Source: Candidatus Hadarchaeales archaeon (GTDB lineage Archaea; Hadarchaeota; Hadarchaeia; Hadarchaeales; WYZ-LMO6). From it: a stretch of DNA of 64,000 bases. The notes below the pieces were generated by a model. The model saw nothing but the letters and a program-made list of their open reading frames with translations, ran no database searches and was not told the origin of the DNA. Within the stretch, counting starts at the first letter, position 1, and every line of letters begins with the position of its first letter. Of the stretch, positions 1-9,469 are shown piece after piece. Where the stretch lies: the NCBI GenBank assembly GCA_038736355.1, contig JAVYML010000003.1:214093-278092 (forward strand). The letters run 5' to 3'. A program made the translations under genes and the position numbers.

Positions 1-297
1 TTACTCAAGAGAACCAAGGAGACCCTTCACCTCCGGTACGGTAAGGAACTCCCCGAGGGACTCTTCAAGGGGGTGAGCGGGAGGATAAGGTTGCAGCGCG
101 TGCTCGAGTACATAGAGGAATACGCCCCAGAGTTCAAGGCATCCACCCTTTACCAGACCCTCAGAATACTGGCTGGGGGAGACCTGAGCTGGGTGAGGGT
201 GGAGGAGAAGAAACGTGCGAGCCCCAGGTGGATGTACGACCTAGAGACGGAACACTCCTCCTTCGTAGGTGGGAACCTGCCCATGCTCCTCCACAAC
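1..297 (+). mobile_element. C-terminal portion of an intein inserted in the CDC48 D2 domain. Splice junction: His-Asn at 292-297, with +1 Ser at 298.
   Basis: Translation ...[24 protein letters not shown]|SKWVGESEK matches intein blocks F (vYDLtVe..hnFvan) and G (..ilvHN followed by S/T/C). The extein resumes exactly at the conserved SKWVGESEK motif, which normally follows GPELL in AAA modules. Confidence 0.65.
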
Positions 298-912
298 TCG
301 AAGTGGGTGGGAGAATCCGAAAAAGGTGTGAGGGAGGTCTTCAGGAGGGCCAAAACCGCAGCCCCCGCCATCATCTTCTTCGATGAGCTCGATGCCTTGG
401 TACCGAGAAGGGGGTCGGGCTTCGGTGACGCCCATGTAACGGAGAGGGTGATAAGCCAGCTCTTAACGGAGATGGATGGATTGGAAAAGCTGGAAAATGT
501 GGTGGTAATAGGGGCCACCAACCGTCCCGACTTAATAGATCCTGCTCTCCTACGTCCCGGAAGGTTCGATAGGTTGGTTTATGTGCCCCCGCCGGACGAA
601 AAGGCTAGATTGGAAATCCTAAAGATTCACACCAGGAAGATGCCTTTGGCCAAGGATGTAGATCTAGAGCAACTGGCCAAGGAAACGGAGGGCTATTCCG
701 GTTCTGACCTAGCGGCCCTCTGCAGGGAAGCTGCCATGCTTGCCCTCAGGGAAGATATCAACGCAAAAGAGGTGACCATGAAACACTTCCGTGAAACCAT
801 GAAAAAGATCAGACCCTCCATACTCCCGGAAATGGAGGAGGCCTATCGCTCCTTCCTCTCCCGCTCCAAGAGCGAGGTGAAGAAGGAGATCACACCCAGA
901 ATCTTCTATTGA
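1..912 (+). CDS. cdc48: CDC48/VCP-like AAA+ ATPase, 3' partial (D2 domain C-terminus). The reading frame is open from base 1, so the gene starts upstream of the window.
   Basis: C-extein [39 protein letters not shown] (Walker B, sensor), ...[65 protein letters not shown] is a typical CDC48 D2 end. Frame 1 has no stop from nt 1. Confidence 0.8.
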   Translation, partial: LLKRTKETLHLRYGKELPEGLFKGVSGRIRLQRVLEYIEEYAPEFKASTLYQTLRILAGGDLSWVRVEEKKRASPRWMYDLETEHSSFVGGNLPMLLHNSKWVGESEKGVREVFRRAKTAAPAIIFFDELDALVPRRGSGFGDAHVTERVISQLLTEMDGLEKLENVVVIGATNRPDLIDPALLRPGRFDRLVYVPPPDEKARLEILKIHTRKMPLAKDVDLEQLAKETEGYSGSDLAALCREAAMLALREDINAKEVTMKHFRETMKKIRPSILPEMEEAYRSFLSRSKSEVKKEITPRIFY

Positions 913-1472
913 GGAAGATGAGAACCTTCTTGGCCTTGGAAATAAACGAAGAGGTGCGAGAGAGGTTGGTGAAGTTCCAGCGAAAACTCTTGCAGGGATG
1001 GGCCTCTTTGAAGCTCGTGGAACCGGAGAACCTACACCTAACCCTGAAGTTTCTTGGGGAGGTGGAGGAGGGAAGACTGGGGGAAATAGAGGAAGCGGTG
1101 CGTAAGGGTTGCGCCGGCTCTTCCCCCTTTATCATGGAAGTGAAGGGAACGGGAGTTTTTCCCAATCCTCACTATGTAAGGGTAGTATGGGCGGGGGTGG
1201 GGGAGGGTTGGGAAAAGGTTTCGTCCCTTCAGAGGAATGTGGATAGGGAACTGGGAAGGTTGGGTTTTCCCAGGGAAACCGAGTTCGTTCCCCACCTTAC
1301 GCTGGCGAGGGTGAAGAGTGTGAGGGATAGGGAAAGGTTCCTGAAGGTGGTGGAGGAAGGGAGAGGGGAGGAGTTCGGAAAAACGGAGGTAAGGGAAGTA
1401 CATTTGAAGAAGAGCCTGCTGACCCCCAAAGGCCCCATTTATGAGGACCTTAGGGTTTTGCCCCTGAAGTAG
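909..1472 (+). CDS. thpR: RNA 2',3'-cyclic phosphodiesterase / 2'-5' RNA ligase (LigT/ThpR, 2H phosphoesterase)
   Basis: Two H-x-T-x motifs (HLTLKFLGE and HLTLARV); about 187 aa; ATGA overlap with upstream gene. Confidence 0.85.
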   Translation: MRKMRTFLALEINEEVRERLVKFQRKLLQGWASLKLVEPENLHLTLKFLGEVEEGRLGEIEEAVRKGCAGSSPFIMEVKGTGVFPNPHYVRVVWAGVGEGWEKVSSLQRNVDRELGRLGFPRETEFVPHLTLARVKSVRDRERFLKVVEEGRGEEFGKTEVREVHLKKSLLTPKGPIYEDLRVLPLK

Positions 1473-1480
1473 TTTTTGAA

Positions 1481-1558
1481 TGGTGGGCCCGCTGGGATTT
1501 GAACCCAGGACCTCCCGGTTATCAGCCGAGCGCTCTAACCATGCTAAGCTACGGGCCC
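1481..1558 (-). tRNA. tRNA-Ile (anticodon GAT), 3' CCA encoded
   Basis: Reverse complement GGGCCCGTAGCTTAGCATGGTTAGAGCGCTCGGCTGATAACCGGGAGGTCCTGGGTTCAAATCCCAGCGGGCCCACCA folds as a cloverleaf: 7-bp acceptor stem, D stem GCTT/GAGC, anticodon loop CTGATAA, T arm CTGGG-TTCAAAT-CCCAG. Confidence 0.85.
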
Positions 1559-1589
1559 CATCTTTCCTCTTCTTTTTCCCTTAAATTTT

Positions 1590-2495
1590 TCACCCAAGGA
1601 TTCTCCTGAAGAGGTTTTCCACTTCCTCACGTGAGGGCATGGCTTCTTGAGCTCCCACCCTAGTGGTGGCCAAGGCACCTGCACAGTTGGCCCAAAGAAC
1701 GGCCTCTTCCAGAGGTCTTTGGGAAGCCAGTGCCACCGCCAAGGCCCCGCAAAAAGCATCCCCAGCCCCAGTTGTATCCTTCACCGCCACCCTCACTCCC
1801 CTTATCCTCTTCCCCACCCTTTCCGTCTTCACATAAGCCCCCTTACTTCCCAGGGTGATAACAACCGTCTTTGGACCCTTTCTCAGGAGTCTCTCCGCTA
1901 CTCCTTCTATACCTCCCTCCCCCACCGCCTGGCAGGCCTCTCTCTCGTTGGCCACGAGGACCCAAGTCCTCCATGCGGCTGGAGAAAGGGGCTTGAAAGG
2001 AGCGAGGTTCAGCATCGTTTTTGTTCCTTCCTCCTTTGCCATCTTCAAAGCCGCTTCTACCGTCCGTGAGGGAAGCTCGAGCTGGGTAAGGAGCAAATCT
2101 GCTCCCCTCACCACTCCCCTCGCCCTTTCCACATCCTCCTCACTACACTTTTCATCCGCCCCGGAATACACTCCTATCAAATTCTCGCCTTCCTCATCCA
2201 CGAAGATGAAAGCCTTTCCCGAGGGTGTTTCGTCCCATCTCAGATAAGAAGTGTTTATTCCCTCCCTTTTCAGCGCCTCCACCATTTTTCTTCCATACTC
2301 ATCCTTTCCCACCCTCCCCACCATCCAAACCTTTGCTCCCAGTCTGGCGGCGGCCACGGCCTGATTCGCCCCCTTTCCCCCCATTCCCACCCTGAGTTCC
2401 TTTCCCAACACCGTCTCCCCCCTCTCGGGCAACCTTTTCGTCTTTAGTAGAAAATCCACGTGGAGACTTCCAACCACCACTATCTTGGGGATCAT
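1590..2495 (-). CDS. rbsK: ribokinase (PfkB family sugar kinase)
   Basis: GGKGANQAVAAARLGAKV and GAGDAFCGALAVALA motifs. Start is assigned to internal ATG (MIPKIVVVGSLHVDF); the track's extra 19 aa overlap the upstream gene. Confidence 0.8.
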   Translation of the reverse strand: MIPKIVVVGSLHVDFLLKTKRLPERGETVLGKELRVGMGGKGANQAVAAARLGAKVWMVGRVGKDEYGRKMVEALKREGINTSYLRWDETPSGKAFIFVDEEGENLIGVYSGADEKCSEEDVERARGVVRGADLLLTQLELPSRTVEAALKMAKEEGTKTMLNLAPFKPLSPAAWRTWVLVANEREACQAVGEGGIEGVAERLLRKGPKTVVITLGSKGAYVKTERVGKRIRGVRVAVKDTTGAGDAFCGALAVALASQRPLEEAVLWANCAGALATTRVGAQEAMPSREEVENLFRRILG

Positions 2496-3433
2496 TCCAA
2501 CAACCTCTCCAGGAAAAACCTGAGAAAACCCTCCCCATCCACACCCTCGCAAATCCTTATTTCCCTACCTTTCCATTCCTCGCCGGGCAGGATGAAAGGT
2601 CTCCTATCCACCACTACTTGTCCCCTCGTGAGTTCCCCTTTGGTCTCCACCCTCACATGATATCTACCGATTTTGAAGAGTTCAGGTTTCAAAAGGGAAA
2701 CCAGGGCCATGGGGTCATGGAGGGCCACCTTTCCAAACCTTTCCAAAAGGGGTTTCACGAGCTCAGCCGCCAATCTTGCCTCTTTCGTCCTGCCTTTCCT
2801 TAATTCTTCGTATTCTTCTTTCGAGAGCATGGCGGTAGGATCCATGGTTACATCCAGTCCCACCGCGAGCAAAGGTAGACCTGAATCCACGACCATCTCG
2901 GCCGCCTCCGGATCCACGTAAAAGTTATACTCAGCCACGGGGGTGATGTTCCCATGTCCATAAGGGGTGAGACCATACGCTCCCCCCATCACTATCACTC
3001 CTTCCACCTTTCCCATCGTCTCCGGATAATCCCTCAGAGCGGAGGCAAGGTTGGTAAGGGGACCTGTGCACACGAACACGATCCTACCGCCGCTCCTCTC
3101 AACCTCTTCCACCATCACCTCCACAGCATGTTTGGTCAAAGGATGGAGCTTAGGTTCGGGGAGAAAAAGACCACCCAATCCATCCTCTCCATGTATGTGT
3201 TTGGCCGTACAGAGCTCCCTGAAAAGGGGTTTGGAACATCCCATGGCTACCGGGGGGGTCTTCAAACCCAAGAATTCTAAGACCTTCAGGGCATTTTTAG
3301 CGGTCTTCTCCACCTCCACATTCCCCGCCACCGTGGTAATGGCCCTGATCTCCAATTCAGGAGAACGCAGGGCCAAGAGGAGGGCGAGGGCATCATCTAT
3401 CCCCGGATCCATGTCCAAAAGGACCCTTCTCAC
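2492..3433 (-). CDS. inosine-uridine preferring nucleoside hydrolase (IUNH family)
   Basis: N-terminal DMDPGIDDALAL aspartate fingerprint; 313 aa; overlaps the ribokinase start (salvage operon). Confidence 0.85.
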   Translation of the reverse strand: MRRVLLDMDPGIDDALALLLALRSPELEIRAITTVAGNVEVEKTAKNALKVLEFLGLKTPPVAMGCSKPLFRELCTAKHIHGEDGLGGLFLPEPKLHPLTKHAVEVMVEEVERSGGRIVFVCTGPLTNLASALRDYPETMGKVEGVIVMGGAYGLTPYGHGNITPVAEYNFYVDPEAAEMVVDSGLPLLAVGLDVTMDPTAMLSKEEYEELRKGRTKEARLAAELVKPLLERFGKVALHDPMALVSLLKPELFKIGRYHVRVETKGELTRGQVVVDRRPFILPGEEWKGREIRICEGVDGEGFLRFFLERLLE

Positions 3434-3442
3434 TCCTATCCC

Positions 3443-3712
3443 CTACTTCTTGCCGCAATACCTGAGGAACTCTTCCCAAATTTCCTTTCTCTTTTCTTCC
3501 CCCAGCTGCTCGTAATCTTCTATCGTTAATCCGTACTTCTCCCTCAGAAACCTGGAGAATCTCACCCCCTGAAGAACTTGGTAGATGAGATGGCTCCTGT
3601 AACTCTCAGGTATGCCTGCCACTCGCTTCCCCTCCTTTGGATCCTTCTCCTTGCGCGGGAACTTTCTTTTTGATCCAAAAGAACCTAAAGGATGAAAAGG
3701 GATAGGCACCAC
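3443..3712 (-). CDS. hypothetical small basic protein. An in-frame GTG start giving about 59 aa is also possible.
   Basis: ORF with protein-like C-terminal half (IYQVLQGVRFSRFLREKYGLTIEDYEQL...). No recognisable family. Its 5' end overlaps the neighbouring membrane ORF. Confidence 0.3.
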   Translation of the reverse strand: MVPIPFHPLGSFGSKRKFPRKEKDPKEGKRVAGIPESYRSHLIYQVLQGVRFSRFLREKYGLTIEDYEQLGEEKRKEIWEEFLRYCGKK

Positions 3713-3932
3713 GCACCCATGCTACCAAGCTCAAGCCCAGACATAGAAGGAGGGAAGAAAGGAGAAAAGGAGAGAGGGAGAGGAGGTCCACCCTAGCTAA
3801 GAAAAAACCTATGTATAGCTGGAGGAGGATACCCAGCCCAAAGCTCACCATCAGCCTAGAGGAGAGCTCCAACTGGTCTTTTTTGGGATAAACCACTAGA
3901 CTCAATAGAAAGCCTGGAAGGAACAGGATCAT
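3606..3932 (-). CDS. hypothetical membrane protein (about 109 aa, 3 predicted TM helices)
   Basis: Hydrophobic ORF MILFLPGFLLSLVVYP...LLCLGLSLVAWV. The track ORF (to 4124) overlaps the GGR start, so the start is moved to the internal ATG. Confidence 0.3.
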   Translation of the reverse strand: MILFLPGFLLSLVVYPKKDQLELSSRLMVSFGLGILLQLYIGFFLARVDLLSLSPFLLSSLLLCLGLSLVAWVRGAYPFSSFRFFWIKKKVPAQGEGSKGGEASGRHT

Positions 3933-4022
3933 AAAGCCAAACAGGCCGTAGAGGATGGCTCCTATCACATCCTTCCTCCCTCCGAGTTCCTTCTTAAGGT
4001 TTGGGGTTGAAAAAACGATGAG

Positions 4023-5216
4023 ATGAGGAAGGATTTGGTGGTGGTGGGTGGTGGACCCTCGGGCTGTTTTCTGGCCCAGAGAGTGGCCCAAAGGGGTTTC
4101 GAGGTACTTTTGGTAGAGGAACACCCGCAGATAGGGAAGCCAGTCTCCTGTGCTGGGGTGGTAGGGGTGAAGGGGATGAAGGAAGTGGGGGTGAAAGCTG
4201 AGAAATTTGCACTCAACAAGGTTAGGAGGGGGTTGGTCTTCTCCCCCTCTGGAGAGGTCTTGGAGCTAGAGAGGGGAAGGACAGAGGCCCTCGTACTAGA
4301 TCGGGAAGCCTTCGACAAACATTTGGCGGAGCTAGCCGTTGAGGAGGGGGTGGAGCTCCGGCTCCAAACGAGGTGTGTGGAGGTAAGAAACACGAAGAGA
4401 CCTACCACCCTCCTAACGGGAAAGGGGGAGGGGGAAATCAAGACGAGAATGTTGGTAGGGGCCGACGGACCCACTTCGCTCGTGGCAAGGAAGAGCGGAA
4501 TGATGGGAAGGAGGAGGTTCATCAGGTGCGTACAGGCTGAAGTGAAAACAGAGGTGGAACCCGATACGGTAGAGGTCTATCTGGGAAGCTCCAGCATAGG
4601 GCTTTTCGGATGGGTAGTCCCAGCGGGAGAAGTGGCTAGGATAGGGATAGGGACCCTCAAGGGGGATCCGGGGGAAGGTCTACGTTCCCTCCTCAAGTTC
4701 CTCTCCCCGCGCCTTAGAGGGGAACCAAAAAAGCTCTCCTTCGGTCTCATTCCCTATGACCCTCCCAGACACTTAGTTAAGGGCTCGGTCCTTTTGGTGG
4801 GTGACGCCGCCTGTCAAGTCAAACCCCTCACTGGGGGAGGAATCTATTTGGGGCTTTCCTGTGCCCTAAAGGCCTCGGAAGCTCTCTTCCATTCCTTAGA
4901 AAGGGAAGACCCAACTTTCTTGAAACTTTACCCCAAGGAGGTGAAAAGAACCTTTGGAAGGGAACTCATGCTGGGTAGAAAGCTGAGGGAATTCATGTCT
5001 GTCCTCTCGGATGAGGAACTGGATGCCTTGGTCAAATGCCTCAACGAACCCAAGCTCAGGGAAGAAATTCTCAAAAAAGCCGATTTCGATCACCACTCCA
5101 GTCTCTTGGAGGTTATCTTTTCCAATCTTCCCCGTCTACTAACTTCCCTCGGGCCCAGGGCATTGACGAGAATGGCCCTTAAGGGGATGGTCGGACTCGA
5201 CCTGAGAGGAATTTGA
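4023..5216 (+). CDS. geranylgeranyl reductase family FAD-dependent oxidoreductase (digeranylgeranylglycerophospholipid reductase-like)
   Basis: N-terminal DLVVVGGGPSGCFLAQRVAQRGFEVLLVEE FAD-binding fold, GDAACQVKPLTGGGI motif; 397 aa. Confidence 0.85.
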   Translation: MRKDLVVVGGGPSGCFLAQRVAQRGFEVLLVEEHPQIGKPVSCAGVVGVKGMKEVGVKAEKFALNKVRRGLVFSPSGEVLELERGRTEALVLDREAFDKHLAELAVEEGVELRLQTRCVEVRNTKRPTTLLTGKGEGEIKTRMLVGADGPTSLVARKSGMMGRRRFIRCVQAEVKTEVEPDTVEVYLGSSSIGLFGWVVPAGEVARIGIGTLKGDPGEGLRSLLKFLSPRLRGEPKKLSFGLIPYDPPRHLVKGSVLLVGDAACQVKPLTGGGIYLGLSCALKASEALFHSLEREDPTFLKLYPKEVKRTFGRELMLGRKLREFMSVLSDEELDALVKCLNEPKLREEILKKADFDHHSSLLEVIFSNLPRLLTSLGPRALTRMALKGMVGLDLRGI

Positions 5217-6117
5217 AAAGCACGGCCTTTTGGGCGTGCAACCTGTTCTCCGCCTGATCGAAAACCACGGAATGTGGCCCATCGATGACTTCATCGGTGA
5301 CCTCTTCCCCCCTATGGGCAGGTAGACAGTGCATGAAAATCACTCCTTCATCCGCCAGGGAAAGGAGCTGAGAAGTCACTTGGAAATTCTTGAAGTCCTT
5401 CTTCCTTTTCTCCCTTTCCTCTTCCATACCCATCGAGACGAAAACATCAGTGTATACCACTTCTGCTCCCGAAACCGCTTCCTTAGGATCATGTCCTATC
5501 TCCACCTTACCACCACTCTTTTCGGCTCTCTCCCTCGCCAACTTCACCAAGTCTTTCGGGGGTTCGTAACCAGGGGGAACAGCTATGCGGATATGGCTGC
5601 CCATCGTGGCACATCCAAGCATGAGGGAAGTGCACACGTTGTTGCCATCTCCCACCCAGGCCACCCTAAGACCCTCCAGTTTCCCTTTGTATTCCTTCAT
5701 GGTCAGCAAATCCGCAAGGGTTTGACATGGATGCTGGAGGGGACTCAAAGCGTTGATCACGGGAACGGTGCTGTATTTGGCCAGCTCCACCAAGTTGGGA
5801 TGGGAAGAGACCCTCGCCACTATTCCATGAACATAGCGACTCAAGGTTCTAGCCGTGTCCGCCACCGTCTCCCCCCTGCTGAGCTGGAGTTCTTGGGAAC
5901 TCAGGAAGAGGGGATTTCCACCCATCTCGTGGATGGCCACCTCGAAGGAGACCCTCGTCCTGGTGGAAGGTCTTTCGAAAATCAAGGCAACCGTTTTGTT
6001 TCTGAGTTCGGAAGAAGTTTTCCTGCCTCTTTCCTTTTTATATTTGGAGGCTAGCCTCAAGAGTTCTTCTATTTCCTTTCTACTCAGGTCCTCTATCCCC
6101 AGCAAATCCTTCTTCAT
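5179..6117 (-). CDS. argF: ornithine carbamoyltransferase
   Basis: STRTRVSFE carbamoyl-phosphate motif, DVFVSMG and HCLPAHRGEEV motifs; 312 aa. Confidence 0.9.
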   Translation of the reverse strand: MKKDLLGIEDLSRKEIEELLRLASKYKKERGRKTSSELRNKTVALIFERPSTRTRVSFEVAIHEMGGNPLFLSSQELQLSRGETVADTARTLSRYVHGIVARVSSHPNLVELAKYSTVPVINALSPLQHPCQTLADLLTMKEYKGKLEGLRVAWVGDGNNVCTSLMLGCATMGSHIRIAVPPGYEPPKDLVKLARERAEKSGGKVEIGHDPKEAVSGAEVVYTDVFVSMGMEEEREKRKKDFKNFQVTSQLLSLADEGVIFMHCLPAHRGEEVTDEVIDGPHSVVFDQAENRLHAQKAVLFKFLSGRVRPSP

Positions 6118-7301
6118 CCCTCCACCTTCCTGAGCAATCCATCCAACGTGGAGACCAGGGCATCTATATGGGCTTCCTCCACCACCAAGGGGGGTAGGAA
6201 TCTAAGCACCTTACCAGCCGTAACGTTGATGAGGAACCCTTCCTCTAAGGCCCCCATGACCACCTTCTCCGCCTTATCCTCCCCGTCTAATTCCATGCCC
6301 AACATGAGACCCTTTCCCCTCACCTCCCTAACCGAGGGATGATCCCTTTTCAGTTCTTCCAGCGCTTTCATGAAATACTTCCCCCTCCTTTCCGCTTTTT
6401 TCACCAATCCCCTTTTCCTTATCTCCCTTATGACGGTAAGGGCGGCTACACAGGCAAGCGGATTACCCCCAAAGGTAGCCCCATGATCTCCGGGCTGGAA
6501 GCTTTCCATGACTTCAGGTCTGGCCCCCGTACATCCTATGGGTATCCCTCCCCCCAGGGCTTTGGCCAACGTGATGATATCGGGTTCCACCCCCCAGTGT
6601 TCACTGGCAAACCATTTTCCCGTCCTTCCCATTCCCGTTTGTATCTCATCGATGATGAGAAGAGCACCCCTCTCTTCACAAAGTTCTTTCAACCCTTTCA
6701 AGAACTCCTGCGAAGCTACCCTCACCCCTCCTTCTCCTTGGATGGGCTCCAATATCACCGCTGCCGTATCCTCATCTACCGCCTTCTCCGCTGAGGAAAG
6801 ATCGTTGAAAGGAATGAACTGAACATTGGAAAGGAGGAAGGACTGGAAGGGTTCTCTGTAAGAAGGTTTCCAAGTAGCGGAGAGGGCCCCCAAGGTCCTT
6901 CCATGAAAGGAATGTTCCATGGCCACGATCTTCTTTCTCCCCGTGTGCTTTATGGAAAGCTTTAGGGCGGCCTCTACACTTTCTGCTCCAGAGTTGGAGA
7001 AGAAGAACTTGTTTATCTTCCCCGGCGTTATGCGTGCCAGCTCTCTAGCCAACTCCACCTGTTCTTTGATATACACCAGGTTGGTCATGTGGATGAGCTT
7101 GCCAGCCTGTTTTGAGAGGGCTTTGCGGAGCTCGGGGTCGGCATGACCGAGCACACTCACGGCTACCCCTGCCACAAAATCCAGGTATCTCTTTCCCTCA
7201 AGATCCCAGAGGAAGATTCCCTTTCCTCTACTGAAGACCACGGGAAGTCTCCGATAGGTTTGGGCCAGATATTTTTTGTCCAGCCTGAAAATTTCCTCCA
7301 T
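6114..7301 (-). CDS. argD: acetylornithine aminotransferase (class III PLP aminotransferase)
   Basis: Class-III aminotransferase architecture, 395 aa, embedded in the arg operon. Confidence 0.85.
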   Translation of the reverse strand: MEEIFRLDKKYLAQTYRRLPVVFSRGKGIFLWDLEGKRYLDFVAGVAVSVLGHADPELRKALSKQAGKLIHMTNLVYIKEQVELARELARITPGKINKFFFSNSGAESVEAALKLSIKHTGRKKIVAMEHSFHGRTLGALSATWKPSYREPFQSFLLSNVQFIPFNDLSSAEKAVDEDTAAVILEPIQGEGGVRVASQEFLKGLKELCEERGALLIIDEIQTGMGRTGKWFASEHWGVEPDIITLAKALGGGIPIGCTGARPEVMESFQPGDHGATFGGNPLACVAALTVIREIRKRGLVKKAERRGKYFMKALEELKRDHPSVREVRGKGLMLGMELDGEDKAEKVVMGALEEGFLINVTAGKVLRFLPPLVVEEAHIDALVSTLDGLLRKVEG

Positions 7302-7302
7302 C

Positions 7303-8211
7303 TCACTTCCCTTTCTCTATCATTGTTCCCGCTCCCTTGTCCGTGAGGAGCTCTAGGAGAAGGGCGTGGGGCATCGTTCCCTGGAGGATGTGTGCCCTCT
7401 CCACTCCCCCTTCCACCGCCCTGATACAGGCTTTCAACTTGGGAATCATACCTCCACTGACCACCCCTGAGGCCAGGAGTGTCTTCGCCTCCTCGACCGT
7501 GAGCTGAGAGATCAGCGTACTCTCGTCCTTGGGATCCCTGAGCACCCCTTTCACATTGGTGAGAACAATGAGCTTTTTAGCCCCCATCACGATGGCCAAT
7601 TCTGCCGCCACCGTGTCAGCGTTTAGGTTGAGGCTCCTTCCCTCCTCGTCAACCCCCAAGGGTGAGAGGACGGGAATGTATCCATTGGAGAGGAGGAAGC
7701 TCACCATGTGGGGATCTATCCTCTCGATCTCTCCCACGAACCCCAAATCCACATGCAGTTTTTCCCCATTGGGCGTAGTTACTTCTCTTATCTTTTTGGC
7801 CAAGATAATTTTTCCATCCACTCCTGAAATCCCCACCGCCCTTCCCCCGTACTTGTTTATACCCAGCACGATCTCGGTGTTGAGTTTTCCTACCAGATAC
7901 TTATGCAGGATTTCTATGGTTTCCTTATCGGTCACGCGCAACCCAGCCACAAATTCGGGTTCCTTGCCCGCCTTTTTCATCTCCCTCGTGATTTCCGGTC
8001 CCCCCCCATGTACCAAGACAGGTTTCATCCCCACATAGTGGAGGAGTACCACATCCTGGAGGAGGGAATCGAGGGTTTTCTTCTTCTCTATCACTTCCCC
8101 CCCAAGCTTGATTACCATGGTCTGACCATGAAACTTCCTGATGTAAGGAAGGGCCTCAAGCAAAACACTTGCCGGTTCCTGCAGTTCATCACCCGGTTTT
8201 CCTCTACTCAT
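7303..8211 (-). CDS. argB: acetylglutamate kinase
   Basis: Amino-acid kinase fold (VIKLGGEVI..., HGGGPEI); 302 aa; between argJ and argD. Confidence 0.85.
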   Translation of the reverse strand: MSRGKPGDELQEPASVLLEALPYIRKFHGQTMVIKLGGEVIEKKKTLDSLLQDVVLLHYVGMKPVLVHGGGPEITREMKKAGKEPEFVAGLRVTDKETIEILHKYLVGKLNTEIVLGINKYGGRAVGISGVDGKIILAKKIREVTTPNGEKLHVDLGFVGEIERIDPHMVSFLLSNGYIPVLSPLGVDEEGRSLNLNADTVAAELAIVMGAKKLIVLTNVKGVLRDPKDESTLISQLTVEEAKTLLASGVVSGGMIPKLKACIRAVEGGVERAHILQGTMPHALLLELLTDKGAGTMIEKGK

Positions 8212-8238
8212 TTTCCCATATTTAACTCCATCGAAAGA

Positions 8239-9465
8239 CTAAGTTCTATATCTAGAATTGATCCTTACGTAATCGTAACTCAAATCACAACCCCACGCCG
8301 TGGCCTCGTCCCTTCCTTCCCCCAAATCTATTTCAAAGAGGATCTCATCAGCCTTCATAATTTCTGCTGCCTCCGGTAGGTCGGGTCCTCCGATGGGTCT
8401 CCCCCTTTCCACAAGTGTGACCTCCCCCCTCTCGCTTTTCACCTTGAGTGTGAGCCTTCTCGGATCGAAGCGTGCGCCCGAATACCCGAGGGCGGCGATT
8501 ATCCTTCCCCAGTTGGGGTCTCCCCCAAAAAGTGCTGCCTTGAGCAGGTTGGAACCGGCTACGGCCAGGGCCGCTTTCTTGGCCTCCCCTTCCCTAGCGT
8601 TTTTTACCTTCACCTCCATCATGCGGGTAGCCCCTTCCGCCCCCTTCACGATCATCTTAGCCAGCTCCGTGAGAACGAAATCCAAGCCGTGTTGGAAACC
8701 TGCATCCTTCTTGAGCTCCTCGTTTTCCGCCTTACCACTTGCCATCATCAAAACCATATCGTTAGTGCTGGTATCGTTGTCCACCGTGATCATGTTGAGG
8801 GTCCTGTCCACAGAGGCCTGTAGGGAGGTCTTGAGGGAGAGGGGATCCACCCTGGCATCGGTTGTTAGAAAGACGAGCATGGTAGCCGTCTTTAGCCTGG
8901 GACGGATCATACCAGCCCCCTTGGCCATTCCGGCAATGGTTATTGGTGTTCCCTCCTCCGTTTCCACTCTTACGGCCACCTCTTTTGGAAAGCGATCCGT
9001 GGTGAGGATGGCTTGGGCAGCCAAATGGGAGGCCCGCCTAGAAGGGGAGAGTTTTTTCACGGCTTCCCTTATCCCCGCTTCTACCTTCTCCATGGGAAGA
9101 TAGGTTCCTATCATGCCTGTGGAGGCCACGCCCACCTGATGGGTCTTGAGGCCCAGTAGTTCTGCCGTGAGTTCTGCCATCCTCTTGGCATCCCTCATCC
9201 CCCTCTCACCGGTAAAGGAGTTGGCACAGCCTGAGTTGGCCACTATGGCCCCGAGCCTCCTTTCCTTGCGTAGATGCCTCATCGTGAGGATTACGGGAGG
9301 AGCCCTAGTCCTACTGGTGGTGAAGGCCCCTGCAGCAGGAACAGGTCCTTCTTCACAGCTCAGGAGGGCGAGGTCTAGACCCTTGGAGCGTATCCCGGCC
9401 CTCACCCCGGCCGCAAGAAAACCTTCAGGTTCCGTTATTCCCCCCTTCAATCTTTTCAGTTCCAT
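8239..9465 (-). CDS. argJ: bifunctional glutamate N-acetyltransferase / ornithine acetyltransferase
   Basis: Autoproteolytic ATML|VFLTTDA motif with catalytic Thr; 408 aa. Confidence 0.9.
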   Translation of the reverse strand: MELKRLKGGITEPEGFLAAGVRAGIRSKGLDLALLSCEEGPVPAAGAFTTSRTRAPPVILTMRHLRKERRLGAIVANSGCANSFTGERGMRDAKRMAELTAELLGLKTHQVGVASTGMIGTYLPMEKVEAGIREAVKKLSPSRRASHLAAQAILTTDRFPKEVAVRVETEEGTPITIAGMAKGAGMIRPRLKTATMLVFLTTDARVDPLSLKTSLQASVDRTLNMITVDNDTSTNDMVLMMASGKAENEELKKDAGFQHGLDFVLTELAKMIVKGAEGATRMMEVKVKNAREGEAKKAALAVAGSNLLKAALFGGDPNWGRIIAALGYSGARFDPRRLTLKVKSERGEVTLVERGRPIGGPDLPEAAEIMKADEILFEIDLGEGRDEATAWGCDLSYDYVRINSRYRT

Positions 9466-9469
9466 CCTC

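Noticed and set aside
3965-4522. 185-aa minus-strand ORF
   Set aside because: Antisense to the geranylgeranyl reductase gene. S/T/P-rich.
8300-9103. 267-aa plus-strand ORF rich in S/A/L
   Set aside because: Entirely antisense to argJ, which has a clear ATML autoprocessing motif. Composition is low-complexity, as is typical for the reverse strand of a GC-skewed gene.
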